From a virus, in IMG/VR virus record IMGVR_UViG_3300043427_003402: a stretch of 64,000 nucleotides of DNA, one strand, 5' to 3'. Position numbers and translations under genes: made by a program. A model generated the notes under the pieces. That model ran no database searches. It had not been told where the DNA came from and saw nothing but the letters and a program-made list of their open reading frames with translations. Shown piece by piece: positions 10,701 through 20,898 of the stretch. Positions within the stretch are counted from its first letter, which is position 1. Every line of letters begins with the position of its first letter.

Positions 10701-12338
10701 GAACAAGTTTTCTGTAAAATTGGCCCGGATGACGTCAACGTCGAAGTGATCGTCCAACAGCGCGAAGTCGACGCTTGCCGTAATTTCAGACAGGTTACCC
10801 AGCTCGTAGTTCGCTGCGTCATAATCGCGGTACCGCGCCTGGCGCAAAGTGGCGGTCGTAGACGTAACACTTTGCACTTCGTACAAGATAGGCTGCGCAG
10901 GTGCGCTGCCAACCGCCGGCGCTTCCGAAAACGGATGGGTAACGGTCGAACGGTAAACTTGGCAACCTGCAAGGTCGGTCAGCGTGGCGTACGCCTTTCC
11001 TACGCTGACAAAAGCTTGGCCCACCAGCTCAGTTTTCTCGTTGTCCAAATGTAGCGTCGGGCCTGCTATGTTCACTATTTTATAGTATTTACCGGCAAAC
11101 ACGGCGGCGGACGCGGTACCTGCCTGCGCAGTCAGCATTACGTAATCGCCAATGCGCGCCTGCGTAAAAGTTCCTGTTGAATTTGTTACAGTAAAGACTG
11201 CCAGCTCGTCAGTCGGCGCACGTGACACGGTGAAAGTGCACGTGGTCGCGGGAAGTGTACCGAGGAGCGCACCTGCGGTGTACGGCGCAGTTCCGCCCGG
11301 GCCGGCGTTATACAGCGTGGGCTGGAGCAACAGTAGCGTTGGCGTCGGTACAGACGCGGCTCGGAAAATCCGCGAAGTTCCGGACGTAGAGGTTGTCTTT
11401 ACATAGTCGTCGGGTAACACCGTACTAAAAACTGCGCTGTTAAACCTTAAGTACACCACGTCTGTGCGAACGCGCAGCACGCGCCAGTCGAACTGGTCGT
11501 TGATTTCAGTGGGGAGTGTAACACCCGTTCGCAGCGAGAAGGTGCCCTCGGCGGTTCGTTGGTATGGTGTCAGTTCAAGGCGCAGTGCGGTCGAAAACAC
11601 TTGAACAACTTTGTAGAACCCAGAAACCGTAGTTTGCACGGTGATAGGCGCCCGGGTACGGGCAATTAGCTCGACGTAATCGCCTGGCTGCACTAACCCG
11701 CTTACGGTGCCCGTAGTGGTAATCGTGAACGGGGCCGTACCTGTCCGTAGGACAGTTGCTTGTGCTCCCGCAGCCACCTCCCACTCAACGTTTCCCCGGG
11801 CTACTGTCCCGTTGCGGCGGAGGCTTACGGCCGTGTTCTCCCGCGCCTGTATCTGCACGCCGCAGTTGCCGACGGTTGGTCCCTGTGGCAGCAGGGTTCG
11901 TACGCCCGTCGTGTTGGCCCGGTGCCGAACGCGTAAGTAATCCCCGGTCTGCATTGCGGGTAAGGCCGCGCCAGCTGGCGGCGTTACGGCTACCGTGGCC
12001 GGCGCGGAGCCGGTGACCCCTTTGAAGCCTAGGTTCGTCGCGGTCGAAGTCACCACGCCAAGCCGTGTGGCGTACCGAAGCGTGGCGGTGGCCGACGGGG
12101 TAGGTATCGGTAGCTCTTTCAGGTACGCGCGCAAAGTTAACGTAGATGAGCCAAGTGCGACAGGTTGCAGGGTCCGAAGGGCCGTGAACTTCACACCGCC
12201 GAACACAGTGTCCGCGTAGTTGCTTGCGTTTAGCGACTTGAGCCGCGTAATGACGTAGTTTGCCGTCGCGCGGGCGGTCTCGTTGTTGTCGAGCCACGTC
12301 TGAATGATGTTTTCGTAATCTGTCTGAGTCTGGGGCAC
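7764..12338 (-). CDS. large beta-rich tail/baseplate-associated protein
   Basis: 1524 aa with repeated GDY-type beta modules; directly downstream of the tape-measure-like gene. Confidence 0.45.
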   Translation of the reverse strand: MPQTQTDYENIIQTWLDNNETARATANYVITRLKSLNASNYADTVFGGVKFTALRTLQPVALGSSTLTLRAYLKELPIPTPSATATLRYATRLGVVTSTATNLGFKGVTGSAPATVAVTPPAGAALPAMQTGDYLRVRHRANTTGVRTLLPQGPTVGNCGVQIQARENTAVSLRRNGTVARGNVEWEVAAGAQATVLRTGTAPFTITTTGTVSGLVQPGDYVELIARTRAPITVQTTVSGFYKVVQVFSTALRLELTPYQRTAEGTFSLRTGVTLPTEINDQFDWRVLRVRTDVVYLRFNSAVFSTVLPDDYVKTTSTSGTSRIFRAASVPTPTLLLLQPTLYNAGPGGTAPYTAGALLGTLPATTCTFTVSRAPTDELAVFTVTNSTGTFTQARIGDYVMLTAQAGTASAAVFAGKYYKIVNIAGPTLHLDNEKTELVGQAFVSVGKAYATLTDLAGCQVYRSTVTHPFSEAPAVGSAPAQPILYEVQSVTSTTATLRQARYRDYDAANYELGNLSEITASVDFALLDDHFDVDVIRANFTENLFLHGPGANLPAGTAFTPTTYAKLSVTAPSPYYAAHRVTAQPVPNFLLLASTRLDGRALEGAGSMFAPYTASALPPVLTAPGSRTANFSVVQVQLNEYDRLVLHAGSGEFATGVQAADRILIDALPPSAADAAGLGARVAIQTAVTPRYFSVQSVSADRKVLVLNAAAPMALKPTVQNESAVSAIDLEAVTGLNPVQLSSFSLAANAACMRPAARTDFIRLEGLSSSAITLDMFAKLTLGVAPTSADYVFEVLGFSPTQASVELRTAQVTVVNNVYTVSPTATYDFPEQRSTAIERVRFQTRTDALANVTAQLAAFTAKLPAALRTAGDQVIARLYSPTVSQGDIVSTIHTVAAQVADVIPELPVTIRGGFVGESLETTPRAYATMTQTSVATANVAQQPWFQDIMGIVATASYSKTFLNGTGQVAQQEQGKSVTKIKNLYVDASLQVLGYSAQLSNTVPVLSPGAKHRISALLFLAEKMKTSAKEALIALGRTAVATQADTAITGLFNAMQPAIPADFGADKRTFFVTGNGVDFASALPVYPAQLLTGLKSDDARARRKAVQDFVAIAPETSVAVLKRSYTRIRARQRSRAITLADLQNHYAQTTDPQSRRLLENAMAAVQARKAADQPAEDAKAAEGAARGIAFPAPRPAPELDQTAVENATNETVELVSANVTEAPTVRPYVPGTVPPPPPVPKAGTPAQSAPAPAPSKDSSPMLPVTNLFGGDILDFRMISAAVPLAALNAAQFNAGNYAHITLCDFDGRNEGVLRGSSAGHHLEGLEGLDSSHSGFRYNQFKLTGLQEAHTEKFQLVDTLSDSFMAFAFGPRPEMWSISGVLINDVVSDQLNKFRLLYEKFLRITALAEHKQKMVIVIPALRIKVYGYAVAFVPQHNPEVQTATPFTLQILVTNWATLPLAQGGDTAQRAAKVSKLLADLQRQAATTKADTKAPTSKPPQEVADKKRKAAQTVVDWFKKTFPPIG

Positions 12339-12354
12339 GCTACGTCACCTCCCT

Positions 12355-15300
12355 TTAAGGCTTGCCGCCCGCCGGCGGCGTGGGTACGTTACCTGCCGGT
12401 AGCGGCTGCTTAGCACCTGTACCGGGGCGCGCCGGCGCCGTACTTTGCGTGTTTGCAAACTTGTCGACCGCGTCCCCGAACCGCTTCGCAAACCCGTGCA
12501 GCGTCTCGTCGTTGGCGCTGTCGCTACTCTTACCCACCACGCCTTTTAGCGCCGTCTTTATAAAGTCGTTGTCTTGGCCTAGCTGCTTTGACAACTCCGC
12601 CAAGCTATTTGCGACTTCTGTCTGCTTTTTAATTGACTCCTGCACGCCGGCCAGCTGTTGCGTAGACTGTGCGGCGCCTACCGCGGCCGTAGCCTTCTCG
12701 AGCGAGGGGCCGCCAAACGCACCGTGCACGAGCTGCGCCGCAAGCATCTGTTTACGGTTCGCCGATGTTACACCTTTGGCGCCATACGAAGCGAGGCCCA
12801 AATCGGCCGCGGTTTGTGCGTCTTCTTCGGTCGGGTCTTGGTTGACCCGGTCCAACAGCTGCCGTACCGAAATCGCGTTTTGTTTACTGCCAGTTTCGGT
12901 CGAGATAAGCGTGTCTGCCGCGCGCTTCAGCCCTTCAATGTCGGTCCCCTCAAGCTGCCGCCGCAGCGCCGTGACATCCACGCCTTTGCCGCGTAATACT
13001 TCAAGATTGGACTGTTGCGCCTCGTCCAGCCTGTAGCCCGAGGCGTTTAAGTAATTGTTGATGCTCCGGCGTGCGTTGTACATCACCTTTAAAAAGGCGC
13101 GCGGGTCTTTCCGCGCGTCGTTCATTAGCGCCAAAGCCTTTGCGTCCCCGCCCTTGCCGTTACCGCCACTCGCGTTCGCAGAGACCTTCCCCATCTGTTC
13201 CCTTAGTGCGTCGCGGTCCTGCGCAAAGCTGCCTCTATAGAGCCCGGCCTCGCTGAGCATGCGCTCCGTAGCCGCGTCGTCAAAGCCTGTCGCGTCTTTT
13301 GCACGGGCAACCAAATCATCATAAGACATGTGGTTGCCGCCCTCCTCAATCATCCGAAGGAGCGCCTCGTTAATGCCCGCCGTCAGCCTCCCGCCGGCTT
13401 TACCCTTATCGTCGTCGACTACTGCGCTGAATGACTCGTTAGGCTGGCTGAACATGCTGTCCACGCCGCTCCCGAGAAAGTTTCCTACAGCTGCTCCGGC
13501 CGCTGCGCCAGCCGCCAGTCCGACGCCCGCCCCTATAGCGGTTCCCAGCGGGCCGGCCATGAAAGTGCCTCCAATACCGCCTAGTGTCGTCCCAAGCATC
13601 CGGCCCGCCAATCCGGCTACCATTCGCACACCGCCGCCGATCATCGTCCTCGCAATGTTTTGGCCCGCTAGACCCGCAAACGTCCCAACTGCGGTACCGC
13701 CAAAAATACCGATGTTTTTACCGTAAGCCGCGCGCCCTCCTTCCTCTTTCAGCGAACCTAAATACTTTGTCAGCTGCTCGTTCGTTGAAGCCTCGCCGTT
13801 GTCCCCTGCGGCGTCCAATACTTGCTGCGCAGACTTGTCGCCGGTCTCAGCCGAGTAAGCTTGAACGTACTTGCCTAAGGTATTAGCCAAACGAGAGTCG
13901 CTCACCACCTCGTCGTACGACTTGCGCTCGAACACTTCCGGCATAGTTGCAACGATGGCGCGGCCGGTGGCCTCTAAAGAAGACACCGCGTCCCCGCGGT
14001 TTGCCTGGTCGCGTTGTGCGGCGGCCTTAATCGCGCCTACGGAATCCCGTACCCGTCCCCTCAGCGCCTGCGCCATGTCCCCTGACGCCCCGTCATTAAG
14101 CTCTCTAAATCCCGACAGCACGTCGCGTAAGCGGGACTGCCGGTTTTTGTACAGGTCCAACGCCGCGCGCTCGACCGCGTCACGGGTTGCACCCGAAAGA
14201 CCTGGTTGCCCTTGCGCCTGCTGGCGCACCTGCGCGAACGCGCGCGAGTTCTGCGCCGCCGTTACCACGTCATCCGCGTTGTAGCGGGTACCGGCGGATA
14301 AAATATCTTCGACGTTATCCGTGGTTACTCCCGTAAGCCCGGTGCGGCGAAGCGCCGCGACGATCTGGGCGCGCGACGTGGGGTCGCTTAGCGCTGTGCT
14401 TACCTCCGGGGCCAACTTACGCGTGTCTTCAGGCGGCTCCAACTCAAAACTGACGCCAAGCTCCGCGGCGTAGTCGCGCGCTTCCGCAGATTTCTGCGCG
14501 CGGCCGCCGGGGTCAAGCAAAGACCGGTCCGTAGCGCTAATCCGGTACTGGCGTACGCCAGTGATTAGCTCCTGCGCGTCTTGCACGTCCCTACCCGTGA
14601 GGAGGCGGCCAATGAGCCGCGCGCCGCCATCGGCCATGTCAATGGCGGACTCTCGGGCGCCCGTCGTAAACCGTGTGATTGGCTCGTCTATTTTGCGCTC
14701 TAAAAATTTCTCAACAACGCGGCTGATCGACATGTGCCGGAGGCCTTCCATCGCCTGCATACTCAGCTGAGCGCCCGCGGACTGCCGAATGTCTTGCGCG
14801 GTCTTCGGCGCGTTTTGCAGCGTCTCCACCATAGCCAAAGCTTCGTTCTGCGGTAAATTAAACTTTGTGGTTAGCAGCGCGATCAACCGGGTCGGATTTA
14901 TTTTTCCGTCCTCGTCCAACTGTAAGCCTAACTGCCTGTACGCCGAAATACCCATCTGCATTGATTGGTACTGCAGCTCGGGCCCCAAATTCTTAGTAAG
15001 CTGCGGCATGCGCGCCATCAGGCCCGCATACATCAGCGGGTCGCCCGCAAAGCCGCCCACACCCATCATCGCCTGAAGCGGGCTGACGCCACGCTGATTT
15101 AGCACAGAGCTAAGCACGTTTGAGCCTGGCGCGAACATGCCCCCGAGCATTGCCTGCCCAATCGGGCTGCGCAACATCGAAAGCTGCGCGCTGCTGAGGG
15201 TGTTTGCAAAACCTTGCGTCCCCCCGAAGTAAGCGTTGTCAAAGTCGTTTAGCGAACCTTGCCTAAACATGGCCCCCGAAACTGCCAAATTCTGTGCGCC

Positions 15301-16644
15301 TAAAATGCCGCCGGATCCGATGCCTTGAGCCATAGCCGCCTGCGCGATCGGCGCGGACGCTTGCGCCACTTGCGTGGTGCTCATGCCTGCGCTCATGGCA
15401 GAGGTGGCGAAAGTCTGGAACAGATTAGCCAAACGAGCGGGGTCCGTGCCTGCCGCAACACCGAACTGGTTAAATGCCAAGTCTATCGCCTGCAGCTGCT
15501 CGCGAGACTTGATGCCCAACGAAAAAAGTGTCTTTACCGACTTACTCATATTTTCAAGCGTCTTCAGCGCTTGGTCTTTTGAGCCCACCATCTGAAACAT
15601 GCCGGTGTCGCCAGCCATGTTAATCAGCGTGCGATAGTCGCCGGCGGTGAAAAAGTTGTCGTTGGCCACCTGCTTTTCCAAGTCGCGCTGTAGCCTTAAG
15701 GTGTCGCGGTAGTTTAAGGTGCCGCCGAGCCCCGTGCCTCGTACGTACGGCGCCATATAGTCGCGCAGGTCTTGGGCGCCCTCTAAGTACGGGCGGTTAC
15801 GGTTTGCTGCAAAATTGACGCCTGCGCCGATCGCTGCTGACGCCAGTAACCCGCTCCCTAAACCTGCGCCGATCGTGGCTATCCGGCCGAAGCCGAGGCC
15901 CGCGGCCGCCTTTTCGGCGAGAAACCCGCCGGCGAGGCCCGCAGCTGTCTCTGCACCAAAGCTAGCGATACCTGCGCCCGTCTCGTAAATGTTTTCAGCA
16001 AAATACTGGTTGTACCGCGACGCCATACGGTACATAGGGTCTTCGAGGTTATCGTTCGTAAACCCGAGGCCGGTTCCCCCAAAAAGCCCGCGACGCACTA
16101 CGCTTGAGACGCCGTGAAAACCTAAATTGAAAATTGACCCCTCACCCGTACCAAAAAACAAACGAGACCGCGCCGGCTCGTTGGGTTGGCCTGGGCCGCC
16201 GAACTGCTGAAGGCTGCCTGTCGGAAGTTGATAAGACGCGGGTGCGGGCGTCAAAAACGGGTTAATCGTCGGCGTGCCGGCGGGCGTCGTCATCGAGGGG
16301 CCGAAGCCGCTACTGGGGCCCATTGCCATCACCTGGCGCTGGTACATGTCTTGCGCGATCATGTTCTGCGATGAAAACGGCATCGTCGAGCCGGCGTACA
16401 TCGCCGCCTGCATGGCGTTCATCTGCGCCATGGGGTTGCCCATCATGCCCGCTTGCGCACCGGCTGCCCCGAACGCGCCCGCCTGCATTTGCGCGATCTG
16501 ACCCAGTACGTTGCTACTCATGGCGGTGACTGATTGCGCAGACTGCTGTGCACGCTGCTCAATCTCGTTGATCGCTTGGTACACATCCGAGCGATCAACG
16601 TTCACCTTATAATTCAACTGTTGTTGAAAATCGTCGTCTGCCAC
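12355..16644 (-). CDS. tape-measure-like protein
   Basis: 1429 aa, helical and A/G/Q/M-rich, with glycine-zipper hydrophobic segments; heads the tail operon. Confidence 0.6.
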   Translation of the reverse strand: MADDDFQQQLNYKVNVDRSDVYQAINEIEQRAQQSAQSVTAMSSNVLGQIAQMQAGAFGAAGAQAGMMGNPMAQMNAMQAAMYAGSTMPFSSQNMIAQDMYQRQVMAMGPSSGFGPSMTTPAGTPTINPFLTPAPASYQLPTGSLQQFGGPGQPNEPARSRLFFGTGEGSIFNLGFHGVSSVVRRGLFGGTGLGFTNDNLEDPMYRMASRYNQYFAENIYETGAGIASFGAETAAGLAGGFLAEKAAAGLGFGRIATIGAGLGSGLLASAAIGAGVNFAANRNRPYLEGAQDLRDYMAPYVRGTGLGGTLNYRDTLRLQRDLEKQVANDNFFTAGDYRTLINMAGDTGMFQMVGSKDQALKTLENMSKSVKTLFSLGIKSREQLQAIDLAFNQFGVAAGTDPARLANLFQTFATSAMSAGMSTTQVAQASAPIAQAAMAQGIGSGGILGAQNLAVSGAMFRQGSLNDFDNAYFGGTQGFANTLSSAQLSMLRSPIGQAMLGGMFAPGSNVLSSVLNQRGVSPLQAMMGVGGFAGDPLMYAGLMARMPQLTKNLGPELQYQSMQMGISAYRQLGLQLDEDGKINPTRLIALLTTKFNLPQNEALAMVETLQNAPKTAQDIRQSAGAQLSMQAMEGLRHMSISRVVEKFLERKIDEPITRFTTGARESAIDMADGGARLIGRLLTGRDVQDAQELITGVRQYRISATDRSLLDPGGRAQKSAEARDYAAELGVSFELEPPEDTRKLAPEVSTALSDPTSRAQIVAALRRTGLTGVTTDNVEDILSAGTRYNADDVVTAAQNSRAFAQVRQQAQGQPGLSGATRDAVERAALDLYKNRQSRLRDVLSGFRELNDGASGDMAQALRGRVRDSVGAIKAAAQRDQANRGDAVSSLEATGRAIVATMPEVFERKSYDEVVSDSRLANTLGKYVQAYSAETGDKSAQQVLDAAGDNGEASTNEQLTKYLGSLKEEGGRAAYGKNIGIFGGTAVGTFAGLAGQNIARTMIGGGVRMVAGLAGRMLGTTLGGIGGTFMAGPLGTAIGAGVGLAAGAAAGAAVGNFLGSGVDSMFSQPNESFSAVVDDDKGKAGGRLTAGINEALLRMIEEGGNHMSYDDLVARAKDATGFDDAATERMLSEAGLYRGSFAQDRDALREQMGKVSANASGGNGKGGDAKALALMNDARKDPRAFLKVMYNARRSINNYLNASGYRLDEAQQSNLEVLRGKGVDVTALRRQLEGTDIEGLKRAADTLISTETGSKQNAISVRQLLDRVNQDPTEEDAQTAADLGLASYGAKGVTSANRKQMLAAQLVHGAFGGPSLEKATAAVGAAQSTQQLAGVQESIKKQTEVANSLAELSKQLGQDNDFIKTALKGVVGKSSDSANDETLHGFAKRFGDAVDKFANTQSTAPARPGTGAKQPLPAGNVPTPPAGGKP

Positions 16645-16773
16645 GGAGTTAGCGCCGCCCTCGTAAACCTACCGCTTCTTAAGTTATACCCTTTCACCGG
16701 CGCCATGCGGTAGCGCGGTTAAAGTGAAGCCGAGGTGCGGGGCGGCTGCGCGACTGCTAGAAAGGAAGTGCCT

Positions 16774-16830
16774 GTGACCCTGATCTACCTGATTCCGGTG
16801 TTCTATCTTTTGCTTGTGTTACAACGCTAA
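16774..16830 (+). CDS. putative 18-aa hydrophobic peptide (MTLIYLIPVFYLLLVLQR)
   Basis: AGAAAGGAAG RBS, GTG start, intergenic position, followed by a hairpin. Confidence 0.4.
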   Translation: MTLIYLIPVFYLLLVLQR

Positions 16831-16831
16831 C

Positions 16832-16871
16832 AAAAAAGTCGCGCGGCATCACGTAACGTGGTACCGCGCGA
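16832..16871 (-). terminator. Rho-independent terminator of the Ig-paralog operon
   Basis: TCGCGCGG...CCGCGCGA stem followed by T6 on the minus strand. Confidence 0.7.
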
Positions 16872-16933
16872 AATGCGCTTTAGTTTTAATTTTGAGCCCG
16901 CCGCGCATTCACCGCGCTGAGCTAACACCTGTT

Positions 16934-17701
16934 TTATTCGTAGAACTCTAGTTCAAAAACACGGAATCGGTCAATCGTTGGTGCCCCTTGGATGCCATAG
17001 TAAGTACCGGGAATAGGCGTTGCATTAGCTGGACGCACGGCAAAATAGGTTGCAGCTGCATATGCGTCAACCTCCCATTCGAGCCAGTTGAATGCAGTAT
17101 TTTCAGGATTGGCATACAATCCGACCGTGACAGTATCGACGACTGTCCAGTTGACGCCATCGCTTGACTTGATAAACTCCAAGTTAAGCGGAACTGTAGC
17201 AAACAGCCCACGCACCTTCCTGACCTGCTTCTGGCTAGCGTACTGTTGACCGACATAGCTTTGCGTAATGTCTCCGAAGGTAGTGAATGACTGCCAGTAA
17301 CTACCTTCGGCAGAATCAAACGCATTTTCAACGCCTTGGCCATTGTAGCCGATAGTTCCAATGGCCGTCTGGGAAGTAATCAGCGTGTAAGACGGCGGTG
17401 CAGATACAGCGGCAAACTCAACTGCCAACTCTTTCGTGCCAGAATCCAAATCCGCTTGGACTGCAAAATCGGCGGCACTTAATACTTGAACAACAATTGA
17501 TCTCAATAAATTACCAGAAGCATCCTTAACCTGAACAATCGCCGTACCAACTGCTAATGCTTCAACAACACCAGCAGAAGTAACTGAGATTGTGTCTTGT
17601 TGATCAACAGGTACTGAGTAAGTGACTGAGGTATCAACCGCGCCGCCATCAAATGCGGCATTAATATCTAATTCTGAACCAAGTTCTAGTTTTAGTTTCA
17701 T
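16934..17701 (-). CDS. Ig-like (Big_2-type) anchor + discoidin/F5-8C-like domain protein
   Basis: Shared N-terminal DINAAFDGGAVDTSVTY...GVV.A..VGTA module; NAFD...YWQS, SSDGVNWT. Confidence 0.7.
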   Translation of the reverse strand: MKLKLELGSELDINAAFDGGAVDTSVTYSVPVDQQDTISVTSAGVVEALAVGTAIVQVKDASGNLLRSIVVQVLSAADFAVQADLDSGTKELAVEFAAVSAPPSYTLITSQTAIGTIGYNGQGVENAFDSAEGSYWQSFTTFGDITQSYVGQQYASQKQVRKVRGLFATVPLNLEFIKSSDGVNWTVVDTVTVGLYANPENTAFNWLEWEVDAYAAATYFAVRPANATPIPGTYYGIQGAPTIDRFRVFELEFYE

Positions 17702-17758
17702 TATTTTCTCCTACAAAATGCGCCCCAGCCGAAACTAAGGCGCATTGATTAATGCTAT

Positions 17759-18535
17759 TTATTCAAACATTTCGATTTCATAGACGCGGAATCGGTCAAT
17801 GACGCCGCCATTTGCAGCCCAATAAGTACCAGGGAGTGCGTTATAGGTATTCGGACGCAGAACTAGCTGAGTGCTAGGCGTGTATGGAGGGAGAATAATC
17901 TCCTGCCATACCCATTGACCCGCTGGGGCGTTCTCAGTATAGACCGGCGTAAAGTCGTAAATACTAGGCTGCTCCCAACCTTCAGTACGCACGCTAACGC
18001 TATCCGGTGCTGTCACCCACTGAATGCGCAACTTTTTGACCATCTTTGGTGAGTCAAAATTCAAGCCAACAAATGCAAGCGTAGTTGACCCAAATGTGGC
18101 TTGAGACACGTACAGTGTTGGCGTTGCGCTATTGCCGTCGAAACCATCAAACGCTTTATCTGGCCCCTCTAAATACATGCCAGATGTGCCATGGGGGGTT
18201 CCGTTACTAATAAGAGTATAAGCTGGCGCAGCCACCACTTCAGCAGTCTCCACGCTCAAGTCTGTTACACCAGCATCCAAATCTGACTGAACCGCAAAAT
18301 CGGCGGCGCTCAAAACCTGAAACACGACTGCTCGAAGCAAATCACCCGAGGCAGCATCTTTGATTTCAACCGTGCCTGTACCCACGGCAACCGCTGTGAC
18401 AACGCCATTGGCGTCAACGGTAATAATGTCCTGCTGATCGGCAGGCACCGAATACGTTACTGACGTATCAACTGCTCCGCCGTCAAATGCAGCGTTGATG
18501 TCTGCCTGTGATCCAACTTGAAGTTTCTTTTTCAT
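17759..18535 (-). CDS. Ig-like anchor + discoidin-like domain protein
   Basis: Same N-terminal module; KAFDG motif; C-terminal IDRFRV.E.E shared with its neighbour. Confidence 0.7.
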   Translation of the reverse strand: MKKKLQVGSQADINAAFDGGAVDTSVTYSVPADQQDIITVDANGVVTAVAVGTGTVEIKDAASGDLLRAVVFQVLSAADFAVQSDLDAGVTDLSVETAEVVAAPAYTLISNGTPHGTSGMYLEGPDKAFDGFDGNSATPTLYVSQATFGSTTLAFVGLNFDSPKMVKKLRIQWVTAPDSVSVRTEGWEQPSIYDFTPVYTENAPAGQWVWQEIILPPYTPSTQLVLRPNTYNALPGTYWAANGGVIDRFRVYEIEMFE

Positions 18536-18546
18536 AATTCAATCCT

Positions 18547-20853
18547 TTACTCAAACGAACCGTAGCCGTAAGCCTGCAAAGACATCTCGCCAAGCGTAGT
18601 AGTGACTCCTGCATACGCACCCAGGGCTGTCACGTAAATTCGGTAGTACGCATAATTAGCCGGTTGAGCCAGTATATAAGTACGCAAGTGGGCGCGGCCG
18701 CCAACAATTCGGGATTCGCCCGTTCTGGTATCAAGCGCGGTCCAATTTATGCCGTCACTTGACCCCTGAAATTGCCAGTCTGTCCAGTGCGTGCTGCCAT
18801 CAGTGGTGCCGTAAAGCGTATAAGCCTCAATCGTAGTTGTAGACTCAAACTGATAACCAAGCCACTGAGGCGATCCCGCGCCCGAGCGCCAGGCTGTTGC
18901 GTCGTTAAAAGTCCCATCAAAAGCAACGTAGGCGTCGTGAGTAGCGCTGGAGATAGAGCTGGCTGAAGCAACCCCGCTTGAGACTGAAGCAAACTGCGCG
19001 TAAGGCCCTTTTTGCGTGTTAGAAACCATATACGGATTGACTCTCACCAAAGTGGGAGGCGTTACAAAAGCAAGGACCTCAGAGGCTGTTTCACCTGTTG
19101 TATTGTCTGAAACGTAAACGACGTAATTCCCGCTTGTGTAATTGCTGGGCAGCGTAAGCGTGTTGGTGAACGGTCCCGTACTGGCAACCGTCACGTTGTT
19201 AATTACATCCAAGACGGTGTTTGAATATTGTGGCCGGATTCCAATTTGATAGGTGCGGCCCGCAATCACTGCGCCAATTCCCCAATTAACGTCAATTGAA
19301 TATGAGCGAAATTGCTGGCTAACGCTTGAAACTTGCGGAAAACTGTCCGGCTGGGGCACGCTAATTGACCGCGTTGTCTGGCTTTCAAACCCATCTGCAT
19401 TGGCGGATTTAAAAGTCACAACATAAGTCTTGCCGTCTTTGGCGTGCGGCAAAACGAGCGTGCTATCAACGTCGCTCATTACGTCTTGGTTATTCAACAA
19501 AATTGTGCTGCCGTCGCTGGTTCTAATATCCAGTGTTTTACTCGCCACCGCAGTCTCAAGGTCACTTGCAGACCACGAAATTGTAAACTGATTGGCTTGC
19601 CACTCAGCAGACAAAGAAATGGTGGGCGCTGTGATGTCGTGCTTGACGTAAGAAACTGACGCGTAGCCCAATTTTTCAGAATTGAGGTCGTATGCAAAAA
19701 TCTCATAAACACCGGTTGGTACCGATTCTGGCACAATTAACGTATAACTAAGCGGCCCAACCGTGGTCTGCGCCTCTGGCAGCGTAAAGCCTGGTGAGTA
19801 GCCCAACACGGTGGCAAGCGTGTAAGACGGTGCGCCATTTGGGTGGCGTATGCCGACTTGATAAGAATCGTATTTGGCCCAAACTGAGTTTGTCCATGAA
19901 ATCGTAATTGTGTTATTGCCGTTATCCACACCCGAAACCAGTGTAGGTTGATTGGGTATAGGTGGCACAACCGCCGTGGCGGTAACCGTTTTGCTGAGAC
20001 CGTCGCCATTGATGACAGTCAGCGTAGCGGTGTAGGTCGTGTCGTTTGGCTCAATGTAAGCCGTCATGGTACTGTCGGCGTCAGCCGTGACGCTCTGGTT
20101 GTTAATCAGCACGCTGGCGCCGTCCTGAGAGCGCAGGTCCAGGGTCTTGCTGGTAATTCCGGTCTCAGGATCGCTGGCAGACCAACTTACCGTAATCAAA
20201 TTTGTGTACGGGGACCAGTTGGCGGAAACAACGGCAATCGGGTCGCTAAAGTCTTCCGTGTTGATCGTGACCAAAGCTGAGCCAATCGTCATATTTACAA
20301 GGTCTTGAACGTAAACCTCGTAAGCCCCGTCTGCAACGGCAGACAGCAGCTGAACCGTGTGCGGCCCAATACCTGAAAAAGTGCTGTTTTGGTGCTCAAA
20401 TCGTCCGGACCCGGAAGTTGAGCTCGCGGCCGAGCCGACGGCACGAATACCAACCTGAAACGCCCTAGCCGTAACTGCCATCGTGTTAGAAAAGGTAACG
20501 CTGACGTAGTTATTGCCCGCGTCCGCGCCTGACACGTCAACCGGTGAGTTGATGTCAATAATCTCAACCTGCAGTTCAGTTTCACCCGCGCCTAAGTCTT
20601 CCTGCGCCGCAAAGTCTTCAGCGCTCAAGACTTGGATTACAATGGCCCGCAACAGGTCGCCGGTCACAGCGTCGTTAATTTCAACTGTGGCAGTACCGAT
20701 CGCCAAGGCGGTTACAACACCGGCGGTATCGACCTCAATAACATCCTGCTGATTCCCCGGCGGCACCAAGTAAGTGACTGACGTATCAGCCGCGCCGCCG
20801 TCAAAGGCGGCGTTGATGTCTAGCTGAGACCCAACTTCAATTTTCTTTTTCAT
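18547..20853 (-). CDS. Ig-like anchor + FN3-like repeats + F5/8C domain protein
   Basis: N-terminal module; duplicated SWSASD.ET...SKTLD.R..DG repeats; AFDG...WQFQGSSDGINWT...YRIY. Confidence 0.7.
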   Translation of the reverse strand: MKKKIEVGSQLDINAAFDGGAADTSVTYLVPPGNQQDVIEVDTAGVVTALAIGTATVEINDAVTGDLLRAIVIQVLSAEDFAAQEDLGAGETELQVEIIDINSPVDVSGADAGNNYVSVTFSNTMAVTARAFQVGIRAVGSAASSTSGSGRFEHQNSTFSGIGPHTVQLLSAVADGAYEVYVQDLVNMTIGSALVTINTEDFSDPIAVVSANWSPYTNLITVSWSASDPETGITSKTLDLRSQDGASVLINNQSVTADADSTMTAYIEPNDTTYTATLTVINGDGLSKTVTATAVVPPIPNQPTLVSGVDNGNNTITISWTNSVWAKYDSYQVGIRHPNGAPSYTLATVLGYSPGFTLPEAQTTVGPLSYTLIVPESVPTGVYEIFAYDLNSEKLGYASVSYVKHDITAPTISLSAEWQANQFTISWSASDLETAVASKTLDIRTSDGSTILLNNQDVMSDVDSTLVLPHAKDGKTYVVTFKSANADGFESQTTRSISVPQPDSFPQVSSVSQQFRSYSIDVNWGIGAVIAGRTYQIGIRPQYSNTVLDVINNVTVASTGPFTNTLTLPSNYTSGNYVVYVSDNTTGETASEVLAFVTPPTLVRVNPYMVSNTQKGPYAQFASVSSGVASASSISSATHDAYVAFDGTFNDATAWRSGAGSPQWLGYQFESTTTIEAYTLYGTTDGSTHWTDWQFQGSSDGINWTALDTRTGESRIVGGRAHLRTYILAQPANYAYYRIYVTALGAYAGVTTTLGEMSLQAYGYGSFE

Positions 20854-20898
20854 TGTTAACCTCTAAGCTTTTGGTAGCTACAAGACCTAGGCTAAAAT

